A DNA stretch of 64,000 bases from the NCBI GenBank assembly GCA_963921275.4, contig OZ001293.3:1856001-1920000 (forward strand). The letters run 5' to 3'. Each line of letters starts with the position of its first letter. Position 1 is the stretch's first letter. The DNA comes from an uncultured Hormoscilla sp. (GTDB lineage Bacteria; Cyanobacteriota; Cyanobacteriia; Cyanobacteriales; Desertifilaceae). The translations under genes were made by a program, and so were the position numbers. Shown here piece after piece: positions 32,761 through 45,480 of this stretch. Below the pieces are notes generated by a model. It worked only from the letters and a program-made list of their open reading frames with translations. It was not told the origin of the DNA and did no database searches.

Positions 32761-35700
32761 CTAGGTCGGTAGGAGAGGAGTGCTATTCTGATCGCTCACG
32801 TAAATCTTTGAAATTTCCTGCAGGGTAGCCAGGGTTTCCCTTTCAAAGTTAATCAAGGTATCTAGGCCCTGATAGACGATCGCCAAATCTACCGTTCCGG
32901 AAAAATCGCGTCCAGCCCGATCGCGTCCAGCCCCGTCCGTATAATCTTCAAAGTCTATGATAGTACCCATCATGTCCGACTCCAGAACAAAAATATTGGC
33001 CTCTGATCCTTCGTAGAGACGATCGCTTCCATGGTTTCCGTAGACGCGATCTCTTCCCTCCCCGCCGATCAGAGTGTCCTCCTCCTCCTTCTCAAAGAGT
33101 GATAAAGTTAGGGGTTGGGGGTTGAGAGTTAGGGGTTGACGAGTATTGCTGAAGTTAAGGTCAGTAGGAGATTCGGCAACATCGTTCACATTAATAATCA
33201 AAGCCTCCGAGTAACTGGCCCCAGTAACGTCAGTAGTCTGAACGCGGATGCTGTAACTCGACCTCATCTCCAAAGCCGGAGAACTATTAATTAGCAGTTG
33301 GTCCCCTACTATAGTGAAAGCAGCGTTATCATCGTCACCAAAACCCGAGATTAACCCGTAGGTAAAAGTATTTCCCCCGTCCGGATCGCTAGTTCCGAAA
33401 GTCCCCACGATCGCACCCACACGGGAATTAGAATTAATGCTGCCATTACTAAGAACTATATCAGTAGGAGACTCAGCAACATTGTTCACATTAATAATCA
33501 AAGCCTCCGAGTAACTGTTCCCAGTCGAGTCGGTAGTCCGAACGAATATCCTGTAAATCTCCTGAGTCTCAAAATCCGGAGAACTGTTAATTCGCAGTTG
33601 GTCCCCCACTATGATGAAAGCAGCGTTATCATCATCACCAATCGCGTAGCGTGCGCGCGGCGCATAGCCCGAGATTAACTGGTAAGTAAAGGTATCTCCA
33701 TTATCGGGGTCAGTAGTTCCGAAAGTCCCTACAACTGCACCCAATAGGGAATCTTCATTGATGCTGCTGCTGCTAAGGACTAGGTCGGTAGGAGACTCGC
33801 CGACATCGTTGACGTTAATAATCAAGACCTCCGAGTAACTGTTCCCAGTCGAGTCAGTAGTCTGGACGCGGATGCTGTAACTCGACTGAGTCTCAAAGTC
33901 AGGGGAACTGTTAATTCGCAGTTGGTTCCCTACTATGGTGAAGGCAGCGTTATCATCGGCACCAATCGCGTAGCGTGCGCGCAGCGCATAGCCGGAGATT
34001 AACTGGTAGGTAAAGGTATCTCCATTATCGGGGTCAGTAGTTCCGAAAGTCCCCACGACAGTATTGGCTGGGGAGTTTTCGTTGATATTGATGCTGCTGC
34101 TAAGAATTATATCAGTAGGAGAGGAGTTCAATGCTTCATCATTGACCTTAATAGTCAAGACCTCCGAATAACTGTTATTAGCCGAGTCAGTAGTTTGGAC
34201 GCGGATGCTGTAACTCGACTGAGTCTCAAAGTCCGGAGAACTGTTAATTCGCAGTGAGTTCCCTTGTATGGAGAAGGCGGCGTTATCATCGGCACCAGCG
34301 CCGGAGACTAACTGGTAGGTAAAGCTATCGGAAGCGTCGGGGTCGGTAGTAAAGAAAGTCCCCACAACTGCACCCAATGGAGAGTTAGAATTGATGCTAC
34401 TGTTGCTGAGGTTGATGCCCGTAGGAGATTCGGCAACATCATTCACGTCAATAATCAAGACCGACTCCAAAGCGTTATTAGTCGAGTCAGTAGTCTGGAC
34501 GCGGATGCTGTAACTGGACTGGGTCTCAAAGTCCAAAGAACTGTTAGTTAGCAGTTGGTCCCCTACTATAGTAAAAGCATTGTTGCCCGAGACAAGCATA
34601 TAGGTAAAGCTATCTCCCTCGTCGGGGTCAGTAGTAGAGAAAGTCCCCACAACTGCACCCAATGGAGAGTTAGAATCAATGCTACTGCTGCTGAGGTTGA
34701 TGTCCGTAGGAGATTCGGCAACATCGTTCACGTCAATAATCAAGACCGACTCAAAAGCATTATTAGCCGAGTCTGTAGTTTGGACTTCGATGATGTAAGT
34801 CGACTGAGTCTCAAAGTCCAAAGAACTGTTAGTTAGCAGTTGGTCCCCTACTATGGTGAAGGCGTTGTTGCCAAAGACTAACTGGTAGGTAAAGCTATCA
34901 GAATTGTCAGGGTCGGTAGTAGAGAAAGTCCCTACGACTGCACCCAATGGGGAGTTTTCATTGATGCTATTGTTGCTGAGAACTAGGTCGGTAGGAAACT
35001 CGGCAACATCATTGACGTTAATCATGAAAGCCTCCGAGTAACTGACCCCAGCAAAGTCAGTAGTTTGGACGCGGATGAGGTAACTCGATTTTGTCTCAAA
35101 GTCCGGAGAACTATTAATTCGCAGTTGGTCCCCTACTATGGTGAAAGCGGCGTTATCATCGGCACCAGCGCCTCCGACTAACCGGTAGGTAAAGGTATCG
35201 GAATCGTCAGGGTCGGTAGTTCCGAAAGTCCCTACAACTGTACCCTCAGTGGAGTTTTCATTGATGCGGCGGTTGCTGAGTTCGATGTCCGTCGGAGACT
35301 CGTTAATATCGTTGACGCTAATAGTAAAGACCTCCGAGTAACTGGCCCCACCAAAGTCAGTAGTCTGGACGCGGATGCTGTAACTGGACTGGGTCTCAAA
35401 GTCAGGGGAACTGTTAATTTGCAGTGAGTTCCCTACTATGGTGAAGGCGGCGTTATCATCGGCACCGTCGCCTGTGACTAACTGGTAGGTAAAGGGATCG
35501 GAAGAGTCAGGATCGGTAGTTGAGAAAGTCCCTACGACTGCATTATCAGGGGAGTTTTCATCAATGCTGCTGCTGCTAAGGACTATGGAGGTCGGAGGTT
35601 CGGGAACATCGTTGACGCTAATAGTCAAGACTATGGAGGTCGGAGGTTCGGGAACATCGTTGACGCTAATAGTAAAGGCCTCCGAGTAACTGGCCCCGGT

Positions 35701-38700
35701 CGAGTCAGTAGTCTGGACGCGGATGCTGTAACTGGACTGGGTCTCAAAGTCAGGGGAACTGTTAATTTGCAGTGAGTTCCCTACTATGGTGAAGGCGGCG
35801 TTATCATCGGCACCGTCGCCTGTGACTAACTGGTAGGTAAAGGGATCGGAAGAGTCAGGATCGGTAGTTGAGAAAGTCCCTACGACTGCATTATCAGGGG
35901 AGTTTTCATCAATGCTGCTGCTGCTAAGGACTATGGAGGTCGGAGGTTCGGGAACATCGTTGACGCTAATAGTCAAGACTATGGAGGTCGGAGGTTCGGG
36001 AACATCGTTGACGCTAATAGTAAAGGCCTCCGAGTAACTGGCCCCGGTCGAGTCAGTAGTCTGGACGCGGATGCTGTAACTGGACTGGGTCTCAAAGTCA
36101 GGGGAACTGTTAATTTGCAGTGAGTTCCCTGTTATCGTGAAGGCGTCGTTATCATCGGCACCGTCGCCTGTGACTAACTGGTAGGTAAAGGGATCGGAAG
36201 AGTCAGGATCGCTAGTTGAGAAAGTCCCTACGACTGCATTATCAGAGGAGTTAGAATCAATGCTGCTGTTGCTAAAGACTATGGAGGTCGGAGGTTCGGG
36301 AACATCCTTGACGCTAATAGTCAAGACTATGGAGGTCGGAGACTCGTTAATATCGTTGACGCTAATAGTAAAGGCCTCCGAGTAACTGGCCCCGGTCGAG
36401 TCAGTAGTCTGGACGCGGATGCTGTAACTGGACTGGGTCTCAAAGTCAGGGGAACTGTTAATTTGCAGTGAGTTCCCTGTTATCGTGAAGGCGTCGTTAT
36501 CATCGGCACCGTCGCCTGTGACTAACTGGTAGGTAAAGGTATCTCCAATGTCAGGATCGCTAGTTGAGAAAGTCCCTACGACTGCATTATCAGAGGAGTT
36601 AGAATCAATGCTGCTGTTGCTAAGGACTATGGAGGTCGGAGGTTCGGGAACATCCTTGACGCTAATAGTCAAGACTATGGAGGTCGGAGACTCGTTAATA
36701 TCCTTGACGCTAATAGTAAAGGCCTCCGAGTAACTGGCCCCGGTCGAGTCAGTAGTCTGGACGCGGATGCTGTAACTGGACTGGGTCTCAAAGTCAGGGG
36801 AACTGTTAATTTGCAGTGAGTTCCCTGTTATCGTGAAGGCGTCGTTATCATCGGCACCGTCGCCTGTGACTAACTGGTAGGTAAAGGTATCTCCAATGTC
36901 AGGATCGCTAGTTGAGAAAGTCCCTACGACTGCATTATCAGAGGAGTTAGAATCAATGCTGCTGTTGCTAAGGACTAGGTCGGTAGGAAACTCGTTGACA
37001 TTGTTGACATTAATAGTAAAAGCCTCCGAGTAACTGGCTCCAACAGAGTCAGTAGTCTGGACGCGGATGCTGTAACTGGACTGGGTCTCAAAGTCAGGGG
37101 AACTGTTAATTTGCAGTGAGTTCCCTGTTATCGTGAAGGCGTCGTTATCATCGGCACCGTCGCCTGTGACTAACTGGTAGGTAAAGGTATCTCCAATGTC
37201 AGGATCGCTAGTTGAGAAAGTCCCTACGACTGCATTATCAGAGGAGTTAGAATCAATGCTGCTGTTGCTAAGGACTAGGTCGGTAGGAGACTCGTTGACA
37301 TTGTTGACATTAATAGTAAAAGCCTCCGAGTAACTGGCCCCAACAGAGTCAGTAGTCTGGACGCGGATGCTGTAACTGGACTGGGTCTCAAAGTCAGGGG
37401 AACTGTTAATTTGCAGTGAGTTCCCTGTTATCGTGAAGGCGTCGTTATCATCGGCACCGTCGCCTGTGACTAACTGGTAGGTAAAGGTATCTCCAATGTC
37501 AGGATCGCTAGTTGAGAAAGTCCCTACGACTGCATTATCAGAGGAGTTAGAATCAATGCTGCTGTTGCTAAGGACTATGGAGGTCGGAGGTTCGGGAACA
37601 TCGTTGACGCTAATAGTCAAGGCTTCTGAGTAACTGTTCCCAACAGAGTCAGTAGTCTGGACGCGGATGCTGTAACTGGACTGGGTCTCAAAGTCAGGGG
37701 AACTGTTAATTTGCAGTGAGTTCCCTGTTATCGTGAAGGCGTCGTTATCATCGGCACCGTCGCCTGTGACTAACTGGTAGGTAAAGGTATCTCCAATGTC
37801 AGGATCGCTAGTTGAGAAAGTCCCTACGACTGCATTATCAGAGGAGTTAGAATCAATGCTGCTGTTGCTAAGGACTATGGAGGTCGGAGGTTCGGGAACA
37901 TCGTTGACGCTAATAGTCAAGGCTTCTGAGTAACTGTTCCCAACAGAGTCGGTAGTCTGGACGCGGATGCTGTAACTGGACTGGGTCTCAAAGTCAGGGG
38001 AACTGTTAATTTGCAGTGAGTTCCCTGTTATCGTGAAGGCGTCGTTATCATCGGCACCGTCGCCTGTGACTAACTGGTAGGTAAAGGTATCTCCAATGTC
38101 AGGGTCGCTAGTTGAGAAAGTCCCTACGACTGCATTATCAGAGGAGTTAGAATCAATGCTGCTGTTGCTAAGGACTATGGAGGTCGGAGGTTCGGGAACA
38201 TCGTTGACGCTAATAGTCAAGGCTTCTGAGTAACTGTTCCCAACAGAGTCGGTAGTCTGGACGCGGATGCTGTAACTGGACTGGGTCTCAAAGTCAGGGG
38301 AACTGTTAATTTGCAGTGAGTTCCCTGTTATCGTGAAGGCGTCGTTATCATCGGCACCGTCGCCTGTGACTAACTGGTAGGTAAAGGTATCTCCAATGTC
38401 AGGGTCGCTAGTTGAGAAAGTCCCTACGACTGCACCCTCAGCGGAGTTTTCAGCGAAGTTTTCATCAATGCTGCTGTTGCTAAGGACTAGGTCGGTAGGA
38501 GACTCGTTGACATTGTTGACATTAATAGTAAAAGCCTCCGAGTAACTGGCCCCAACAGAGTCGGTAGTCTGGACGCGGATGCTGTAACTGGACTGGGTCT
38601 CAAAGTCAGGGGAACTGTTAATTTGCAGTGAGTTCCCTGTTATCGTGAAGGCGTCGTTATTATCGGCACCGTCGCCTGTGACTAACTGGTAGGTAAAGGT

Positions 38701-38720
38701 ATCTCCAATGTCAGGGTCGC
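32761..38720 (-). CDS. Cadherin-like repeat adhesin, 3' part (18 repeats of about 100 aa plus short RTX-like tail), separated from its 5' part by IS5
   Basis: About 300-bp periodic VVGTFSTxDPD...PDFETQSSYSIRVQTTD units. Confidence 0.92.
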
Positions 38721-38722
38721 TA

Positions 38723-39595
38723 GGGTGTGTCATCAATCAAATTGCTTGACAGAAGTAGATGGATACGGTATGGAGTCCTTATCCAGCAATAACAATCAAG
38801 AGGGCATGATATGAGACGCTATGGCTTGCGAGACGACCAGTGGGAACGGATCGAACACCTTTTACCTGGTAAAGAGGGTGACCCAGGCGCTACAGCCAAG
38901 AACAATAGATTATTCGTGTTCTGCCGTGTTATATCGATATCGTGCTGGCATTCCCTGGCGGGATTTACCGGAGTGTTTTGGGGATTTTCGGGTTGTTCAT
39001 ACCCGCCATACCCGTTGGTCTGAAAAGGGAGTTTGGAAGCAGGTATTCGATGTCTTGGCCTCAGACGCCGATAACGAATACGCCGCGATTGATGCCACCA
39101 TCCTGCGTGCCCATCAACGAGCGTGCGGGTGCAAAAAAAAACACCCTCAGATACGTGCGAAACCCAAGCCATAGGCCGTAGTAAAGGGGGACTATCGACA
39201 AAGATTCATGCCACTTGCGATTGCCCAAGGCAATCCCACAGGATTTCATCTTACCCCTGGCCAAGCCCACGACGGGAAAGGCGCTGACGTGCTATTGGAT
39301 AAAATCGGTGAGATTGGCGCGCTGCTTGCAGATAAAGCCTATGATGCGGAACAACGTGTGCTCGAGCGCCTGAAAGAGGCGGATTGGATGGCTGTCATTC
39401 CTCCAAAAAGTAACCGCACAGAACACAGAGAATACGATGAAGAAATGTACAAGTGGCGGCATCTAATTGAAAATCTATTCCAAAAACTCAAGCAATACAG
39501 GGCTCTGGCGACACGCTACGATAAAACGGCTCGCAATTTCTTGGGTGCCATCTACCTCGCGGCAGCTGTAATATGGCTTAATTGATGACACGCCC
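38723..39595 (+). mobile_element. IS5-family element (IS427-like), 873 bp, frameshifted transposase
   Basis: TIRs GGGTGTGTCATCAA/TTGATGACACGCCC; TA duplication in CTAG; ADKAYD, IENLFQKLKQYRALATRYDK. Confidence 0.95.
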
Positions 39596-40949
39596 TAGTT
39601 GAGAAAGTCCCTACGACTGCATTATCAGGGGAGTTTTCATCAATGCTGCTGCTGCTGAGATTGATGTCGGTAGGAGAGGAGTTGCTTGTGCGGATGATTC
39701 GGTTGCCGAACAGATCGTCATTGTCCAGCATGGTGCCCAAGGCGATGAACGGTGGAGTGGGGCCTCCCATATCATTAGCAGCGTTATTGTCCGAGAAGGT
39801 TACCTGTGCGAGGGTCACAGTCGGCAGGCTGCTGGGCATGCCTTGGTTGTTTCCGTTGCTATTGGTGGTGATGTGCAGGGCGAAAATGGCGCCCCCCAGA
39901 CCTCTGCCGTTGTTCGCGCCAGTGCCACCTCGAGCGTTATTATTGTTAAAGCTGCTGTTCAAAACGTTGAGTTCGCCCTCGCGGATGAATATGGCTCCGC
40001 CCATGCCCGCGCCGCCGCCGCCGCCGCCGCTGCCGATTTCGCCGCCGTTGACGAAGCCGCCGCCGCCGCCGGGGACGCCGGGGCCGCCGAGGCCGCCGCC
40101 GAAGCCGCCGCCGCCGTTGCCGCCGAAGCCGCCGCCGCCGAGGCCGCCGTTGCCGCCGCCGCCGCCTAATTTGCCCAAGTTGCCGGGGCCGCCGTTGCCG
40201 CCGCCGCCGCCGAAGCCGCCGAAGCCGCCGTTGCCGCCGTTGCCGCCAAAGCCGAGGCCTTGGGCGGCGCCGAAGCTGCCCTTGCCGCCGGGGCCGCCGC
40301 CGCCGCCGAAGCCGCCGGGGCCGCCGGGGCCGCCGGGGCCGGGATCTATGCCGTCGCCGCCGAAGCCGCCGGGGCCGCCGGGGCCGCCGTCGCCGCCTCG
40401 GTTGGTGCTGAGACTGAAGCCGCCGAGGCCGCCGTCGCCGCCGTCGCCGCCGAAGCCGCCGGGGCCGCCGGGGCCGCCGTCGCCGCCCAATTCGTCGGCG
40501 TCGCGGCCGATGCTGCCATTATTACCAGTAGGAGTGACGAAATTAGCATTACCACCCGTTCCACTGCTGTTGCCATTGCCACCCCTGGCGCTATTATTCT
40601 GGAAAGTGCTATCGGTCACCGTGACTGTCCCGTCAAAGACAAACAGGGCGCCGCCCATGCCTGCTGCCCCGCCGCCGCCATTGCCTCCCTGGGCCAGACC
40701 GTCGCTAAAGGTCAGGTCATTGAAATTGACTGTACCGCCGAGGACAAAGAACAGCCGGTGTCGGTCGGAGCCATCAATGGTGTTGTCGTTCCCATTTATC
40801 GTGAGTTGGACGTCTTCTTCAATAAGGGGTAGCAACCCGGTCAGGGTAATATCTCCCATGATGTTAATGGTATCTGCCTGACCGTTACCCGCGGAATTGG
40901 TAATGGCTTGGGATAGTTCTGCTGGTCTGTCTACGTTAAATGTAGCCAT
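39596..40949 (-). CDS. 5' part of the same adhesin: beta-helix-like N-terminus with GC-rich Gly-rich (GGX)n segment
   Basis: Ends ...NAVVGTFST at the IS; IS removal gives FST-SDPD and a 2437-aa ORF. Confidence 0.9.
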
Positions 40950-40993
40950 AATATCTTCTGTAAGGGATAGACTTTTTTAGGGGTTGGTCACTA

Positions 40994-41892
40994 GGGCGTG
41001 TCATCAGTTAAGCCAAACAACAGTAGCAGCCAGGTAGATAGCACCCAAGAAATTCTGAGCCCTCTTATCGTAACGGGTGGCAATGGCTCGATATTGCTTG
41101 AGTTTGGCAAAAAAATTCTCAATCAAATGACGTGCTTTGTATAGATATTTGTCATAACGGCGTTGTTCTTTTCGATTGGATTTAGGCGGAATCACAGGTT
41201 CGCATTGCTGGGCTTCAAGACGTTTCAAAACCCGTTCGTCAGCATCAGAAGCTTTGTCTGCGAGTAACGCATCAGCCTTAATATTATCAAGTAACACATC
41301 AGCCCCTTCCAAATCGTGAGCTTGACCGGCTGTTAAATGAAAACCCGTTGGGTTCCCCAATGCGTCACAGGTCGCGTGAATTTTGGTACTCAAACCCCCT
41401 TTACGGCGTCCGATGGCTTGGTCGCAATCTTTTTTTTTGAGCACCTGCACTATGTTGATGAGCCCTGACAATCGTGGCATCAATCATCGCATATTTGTTA
41501 TCGGCATCGGACGCAAGTACCTTGAATACTCTTTCCCATACCCCGGATTTTGACCACCTACTATGGCGCGTATGAATTACCCTCAAGTCCCCAAATCGCT
41601 CGGGTAAGTCGTCCCGCCAAGGTATCCCAGCTCTATATCGATACAAGACAGCATAGACAAATAAGCGGTTATCCTTAGCTGTCCCCCCCACATAACCCTC
41701 CCGACCTGGCAATAGATCCCTGATTCTCTCCCACTGGTCATCTCTTAAAGCATAGCGACGCATTTCTCAAATTCTCCTGCTCTAACCTTTACCCTCTTAG
41801 ATCACACCAATATATCCTGGTTGTCAACTCAATCATCTTGTTATATATTTTTGGTGGGGACCCATATCGTTAATCTAACTGATGACACGCCC
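40994..41892 (-). mobile_element. IS5-family element, 899 bp, two-ORF transposase
   Basis: TIRs GGGCGTGTCATCAGTTA/..ACTGATGACACGCCC; TA TSD; orfA 41401-41763 and orfB ending 41004 overlap at an A9 run. Confidence 0.95.
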
Positions 41893-42329
41893 TAGGTTTG
41901 GCACTTCTCCAAAATCAAGTATACCTGCACCCGATCGGGCGCATGATTTTTCCCATAGCTCCTCAGAACAAACCACCAGTTCGGGAATTCTCGATGAATC
42001 AACTTCTGTTCTAACTCCCGTCACGGGGGCGCAGCCATGCTTGGAGCTAGCCACGTACCCCAAGGTGTCATGGCTAGAATAACGTTTACCCTTCCGGGTG
42101 AGCTTGACCAACCTGAGGAGCGAGAGAACAGCTTTAGTAGTCTTTAGCTAAGGTTTGTGGTTGGTCATATGACTTTAGACGCCGATTTGGTAGACTGACA
42201 TCAATATATCGATTTTACTTCAGGATCTGAGCTTGGTGGCGGTAAAATCAACCCAAAGGTAGGTTTAAACCCGAGTCTCACCGGTGCTATTTCAAAGGCG
42301 GCCGCAAGTCAGAAGCACTGCCACCCCTG

Positions 42330-42500
42330 CCTGCACCGGTTCTGGGAAGTCCAGTGCCAGTGTCAGCGGCGATCAAAATGGGCGATCGCACCCTGACGGA
42401 GAAATCGAAATCAACCGCATCAGTTCCGCGCCAAAGCGTCAATCACCTGACAGGGAAACTAAAACAAGAAAACATCAGACCCTACCGGTACTGTCTAACG
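42330..42500 (+). pseudogene. Degenerate partial copy of the 5' region of the downstream pilB-like gene
   Basis: AGTCCAGTGCCAGTGTCAGC, GCGATCGCACCCTGACGGA, ATCAACCGCATCAGTTCC, CTGACAGGG.AACTA.AACAAGAAAACAT recur at 43500-43695. Confidence 0.75.
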
Positions 42501-42548
42501 ATACAAGTTGCGTCAGTCAAGGCTATAATAGAGACATAAGCTATTATA

Positions 42549-42752
42549 TAGCAGTTCTCTTGCTTAGTGTGATATGCTGTTGGAGCATAGTTGGCCCGAC
42601 GGAGGGCCGCTGCGCTTTTTCGTATACGAAGTGCTGCGCAGCAGCTAGTGCGCGTAGCGCTACGGGGGATAAGTTAACTCGCTACTTTTCCCCCCTCGCA
42701 ATGACTTCTAGGCGATTATTCTGTACCACATCAATGCCTTCGAGATGAGCTA
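42549..42752. mobile_element. MITE with TAGC...GCTA ends and TA duplication, carrying palindromic modules
   Basis: Ends and subterminal sequence shared with 52367-52531. Confidence 0.75.
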
Positions 42753-42786
42753 TAAGTAAAAAATAGATTGAATCAGGAGTGAGTAG

Positions 42787-42966
42787 TTGCCGACAGTAGA
42801 GCAAGCCCTTAAGGCTGTAGTGTTGTGTCAATGGTTGTCTAATTGCTATCGACCAATTAATGTTTTTCGTTACGATTATAAATTAAGGACAATCTACATT
42901 CAAGCTGGTGCTAGCGATGAAATTGCCCTTGTAATTTTTACGGATGGAAACTGGAGGTTTGTTTGA
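42787..42966 (+). CDS. Small protein, DUF6888-like
   Basis: Manual translation MPTVEQALKAVVLCQWLSNCYRPINVFRYD...IYIQAG..EI..VIFTDGNWRFV; AGGAG RBS; overlaps next gene. Confidence 0.65.
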   Translation: MPTVEQALKAVVLCQWLSNCYRPINVFRYDYKLRTIYIQAGASDEIALVIFTDGNWRFV

Positions 42967-43166
42967 TGACTGACTTAAAGCAAATGACCGTCACTGAACT
43001 CAAGCAATATCTCTCCGAGCGGAGAGGGGATGATGACAGGTTTAGCGAAGCGTTGAGGGAGTTATTGAGTCGCGATCGCAATCCGGTCATCTATCCTGCT
43101 GATATGTCGCTAAAGGAAATAGATAGAGTGATGTGGGAGAAAATAGAGCAAGAACGACCAAGCTGA
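42963..43166 (+). CDS. Small protein, DUF6887-like
   Basis: MT..ELKQYLSE.R.DD..FSEAL pattern; coupled to previous gene. Confidence 0.65.
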   Translation: MMTDLKQMTVTELKQYLSERRGDDDRFSEALRELLSRDRNPVIYPADMSLKEIDRVMWEKIEQERPS

Positions 43167-43266
43167 AGCGATCGCCCTCCCGATGGCGATCGCGCCTTGA
43201 TTTGGCATGGGTGCTAGAAAAAAATAACAGGATGTCAACAGAAAGTAAGTTAGATTCAGCAGCATT

Positions 43267-44922
43267 ATGCAAGCATATTCGGAAACGCCCACCGTTACAG
43301 AAAAATCAGCGTGGCAATTACTGAAACAAAAAGAAATAAACTGCTCAGAGGCACTAAAAATGCTGATAGACGTCGAAGGAAATCTCAACCTCTCACTGCT
43401 AGATCCAGAAGTATATACAAGATTTTGGCGAGAATTTCCCGATCGCAGCAGTTTACCGCCAGTAATACCCCTGCTGCTGTGGCGCAACTGCTACTATCTG
43501 GGGAGTCCAGTGCCAGTGTCAGCAGAAGCGGTCGGAAAAATGAGCGATCGCACCCTGACGGACATCAAAATCATTCCGATCGCCGACAAAAGCTATAGCG
43601 CCTGGCATCACACCCGCAACTTCGATATCAACCGCATCAGTTCCACCCCCCTAGTAAACCCCCTGACAGGGGAACTAGAACAAGAAAACATTAGCGAAGT
43701 CACCGAACTGTATCTTTCCAAAGCCGTTGGTCAGATTAGTCGGATTAAAACCATTATCTCCGGAGCCCTGCGCAACCGGGCCAGCGACATTCACCTGGAA
43801 CCCACCCCGGAAGGTTTAAGAGTCCGCTATCGCATAGATGGCGTGCTGCGGGACATTACCAAGCTAGCACTAGCAGTGAGCCGGAAAGTAGTAGTCGCCC
43901 TGAAAGTAATGTCAAACATGGACATCGCTGAGAGTAGGCGTCCCCAGGACGGACGAATCGGAGAAAAGTATGCCAGTGGCGAGGAAGCAGAACTGGGGAT
44001 GGACATGAGAGTTAGTACCCTCCCCTGCGTCGGCGGCGAAAAAGCCGTAATTCGCTTACTGCCCCGGAAAAACCCCTTTATCCAGATCGAAGACCTCGGG
44101 TTCACGTCAGAAGCACTACCCATCTACAAAAGCTGGTTAGAACAACCCCAGGGAATGATCATCCTCACAGGCCCCACAGGTTCGGGTAAAACCAGTACCC
44201 TCTACACCAGCCTGCAAGCAGTGGCCACTGAGGAAGTGAATGTGGTAACAGTAGAAGATCCCGTGGAGTATGTCCTATCTGGCATCACCCAAACACAGGT
44301 ACATGAACGAGCAGGCATGACCTTCGCAGCGGGCTTGCGATCGATCCTCCGCCAAGACCCGGATATAATCATGGTAGGGGAAATTAGAGATAGCGAAACA
44401 GCAGAGACAGCAGTGCGGGCGGCACTTACAGGTTACCTAGTATTTACCACCCTGCACACCAACGATGCGGTCGGGGCCATTCCCCGCTTGAAAGATATCG
44501 GTCCAGATCCGGGCTTAATCAGTGACGCCCTGTTAGGAATTGTCGCTCAGCGGTTAGTGCGTCGGGTTTGCCAGCATTGTGGAGAAGCTTACGCCCCAAG
44601 GTCGGCAGATTTGTAAGCCCTAGGCATAGATACCCAATCCAATTTTCAATCTTGGCGTCGGGGGGCTGGCTGCTCGCAATGCTTCGATTCTGGCTATCTG
44701 GGGCGAGAGGCGATCGTCGAACTGCTGGATATGGATGACAGGATCCGAGAGCTAATCTATGAAGGAACGATAACTCAGCTGCGCCGCTACCTGCGCTCCA
44801 TCGATTTTACTTCCTTTCGCAAGGCAGCGATCGCCAAAGTGACGACAGGCGTGACTACAGTAGAAGAAGTGCTGCGAGTGCTGCCTAGAAGCGCAATGGA
44901 CAAGCCAGTCCCAAAGCCCTGA
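43267..44922 (+). pseudogene. GspE/PulE/PilB-family ATPase with one in-frame TAA at 44614-44616
   Basis: ASDIHLEP, GPTGSGKT, LRQDPDIIMVGEIRD, CxxC pairs; same frame continues to 44922. Confidence 0.88.
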
Positions 44923-44981
44923 CTCCGCCATATACAGCATCCCCGAGGGTAGTCAAGTGAAGTATAACGGAGGCATCTCCA

Positions 44982-45250
44982 ATGGAATCTAGCCACAGAA
45001 AAGATATGGAAGACCGGCTGCTGGATTTAGGCCGCAATATGGCACCGTTGATTGAAGCACTGCACCAGGCCGATCGGAGATTAGATAACATGATGTCGTA
45101 GAGATTCTCGTCCCTTGCCAGCACAATGAATGAGTTAGAGCCTGGTTTTTAGTCGAAGTATATGACTCATCGTCAGGAGATTTTTCAACAGTATATGTCT
45201 GAACGCCAGCAGCGCCAAAATCAGGCCAACTCTAAATCCCCTAGGGAGAT
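44982..45250 (+). pseudogene. Small hypothetical protein with in-frame stops
   Basis: GGAGG RBS; helical-looking frame interrupted by two TAG codons. Confidence 0.4.
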
Positions 45251-45480
45251 AGGAATGCGCTGCGCGATCGCGCCAGCAGTCACCCTTCCCGTCAGCGGCT
45301 TCCGAACAGGAAGTGGGCGACGGAGAAGCTAGCGCTTCTCCAGAGGAGACACCAGAGCGAATCTCTTTATTCTCGGAAGTTTTGGATCGCGAATTCTCCC
45401 CCCTGAAGCGTTACGATCGGGAGTAAGCAGCCCATAATTAGCCCAGAGTACCCAAAGAAACTATTCCCCATTCAAAATAG

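Noticed and set aside
33105..33140. QPLTLNPQPLTL peptide as a domain
   Set aside because: Heptamer short tandem repeat (also at 32632-32652) read in frame
38721..38736. Start MMTHP of the 1991-aa ORF
   Set aside because: Derived from the IS5 terminal repeat; the native start is 40949
39643..40881. 412-aa Pro-rich and Ala-rich plus-strand ORFs
   Set aside because: Antisense shadows of the GGC-rich minus-strand gene
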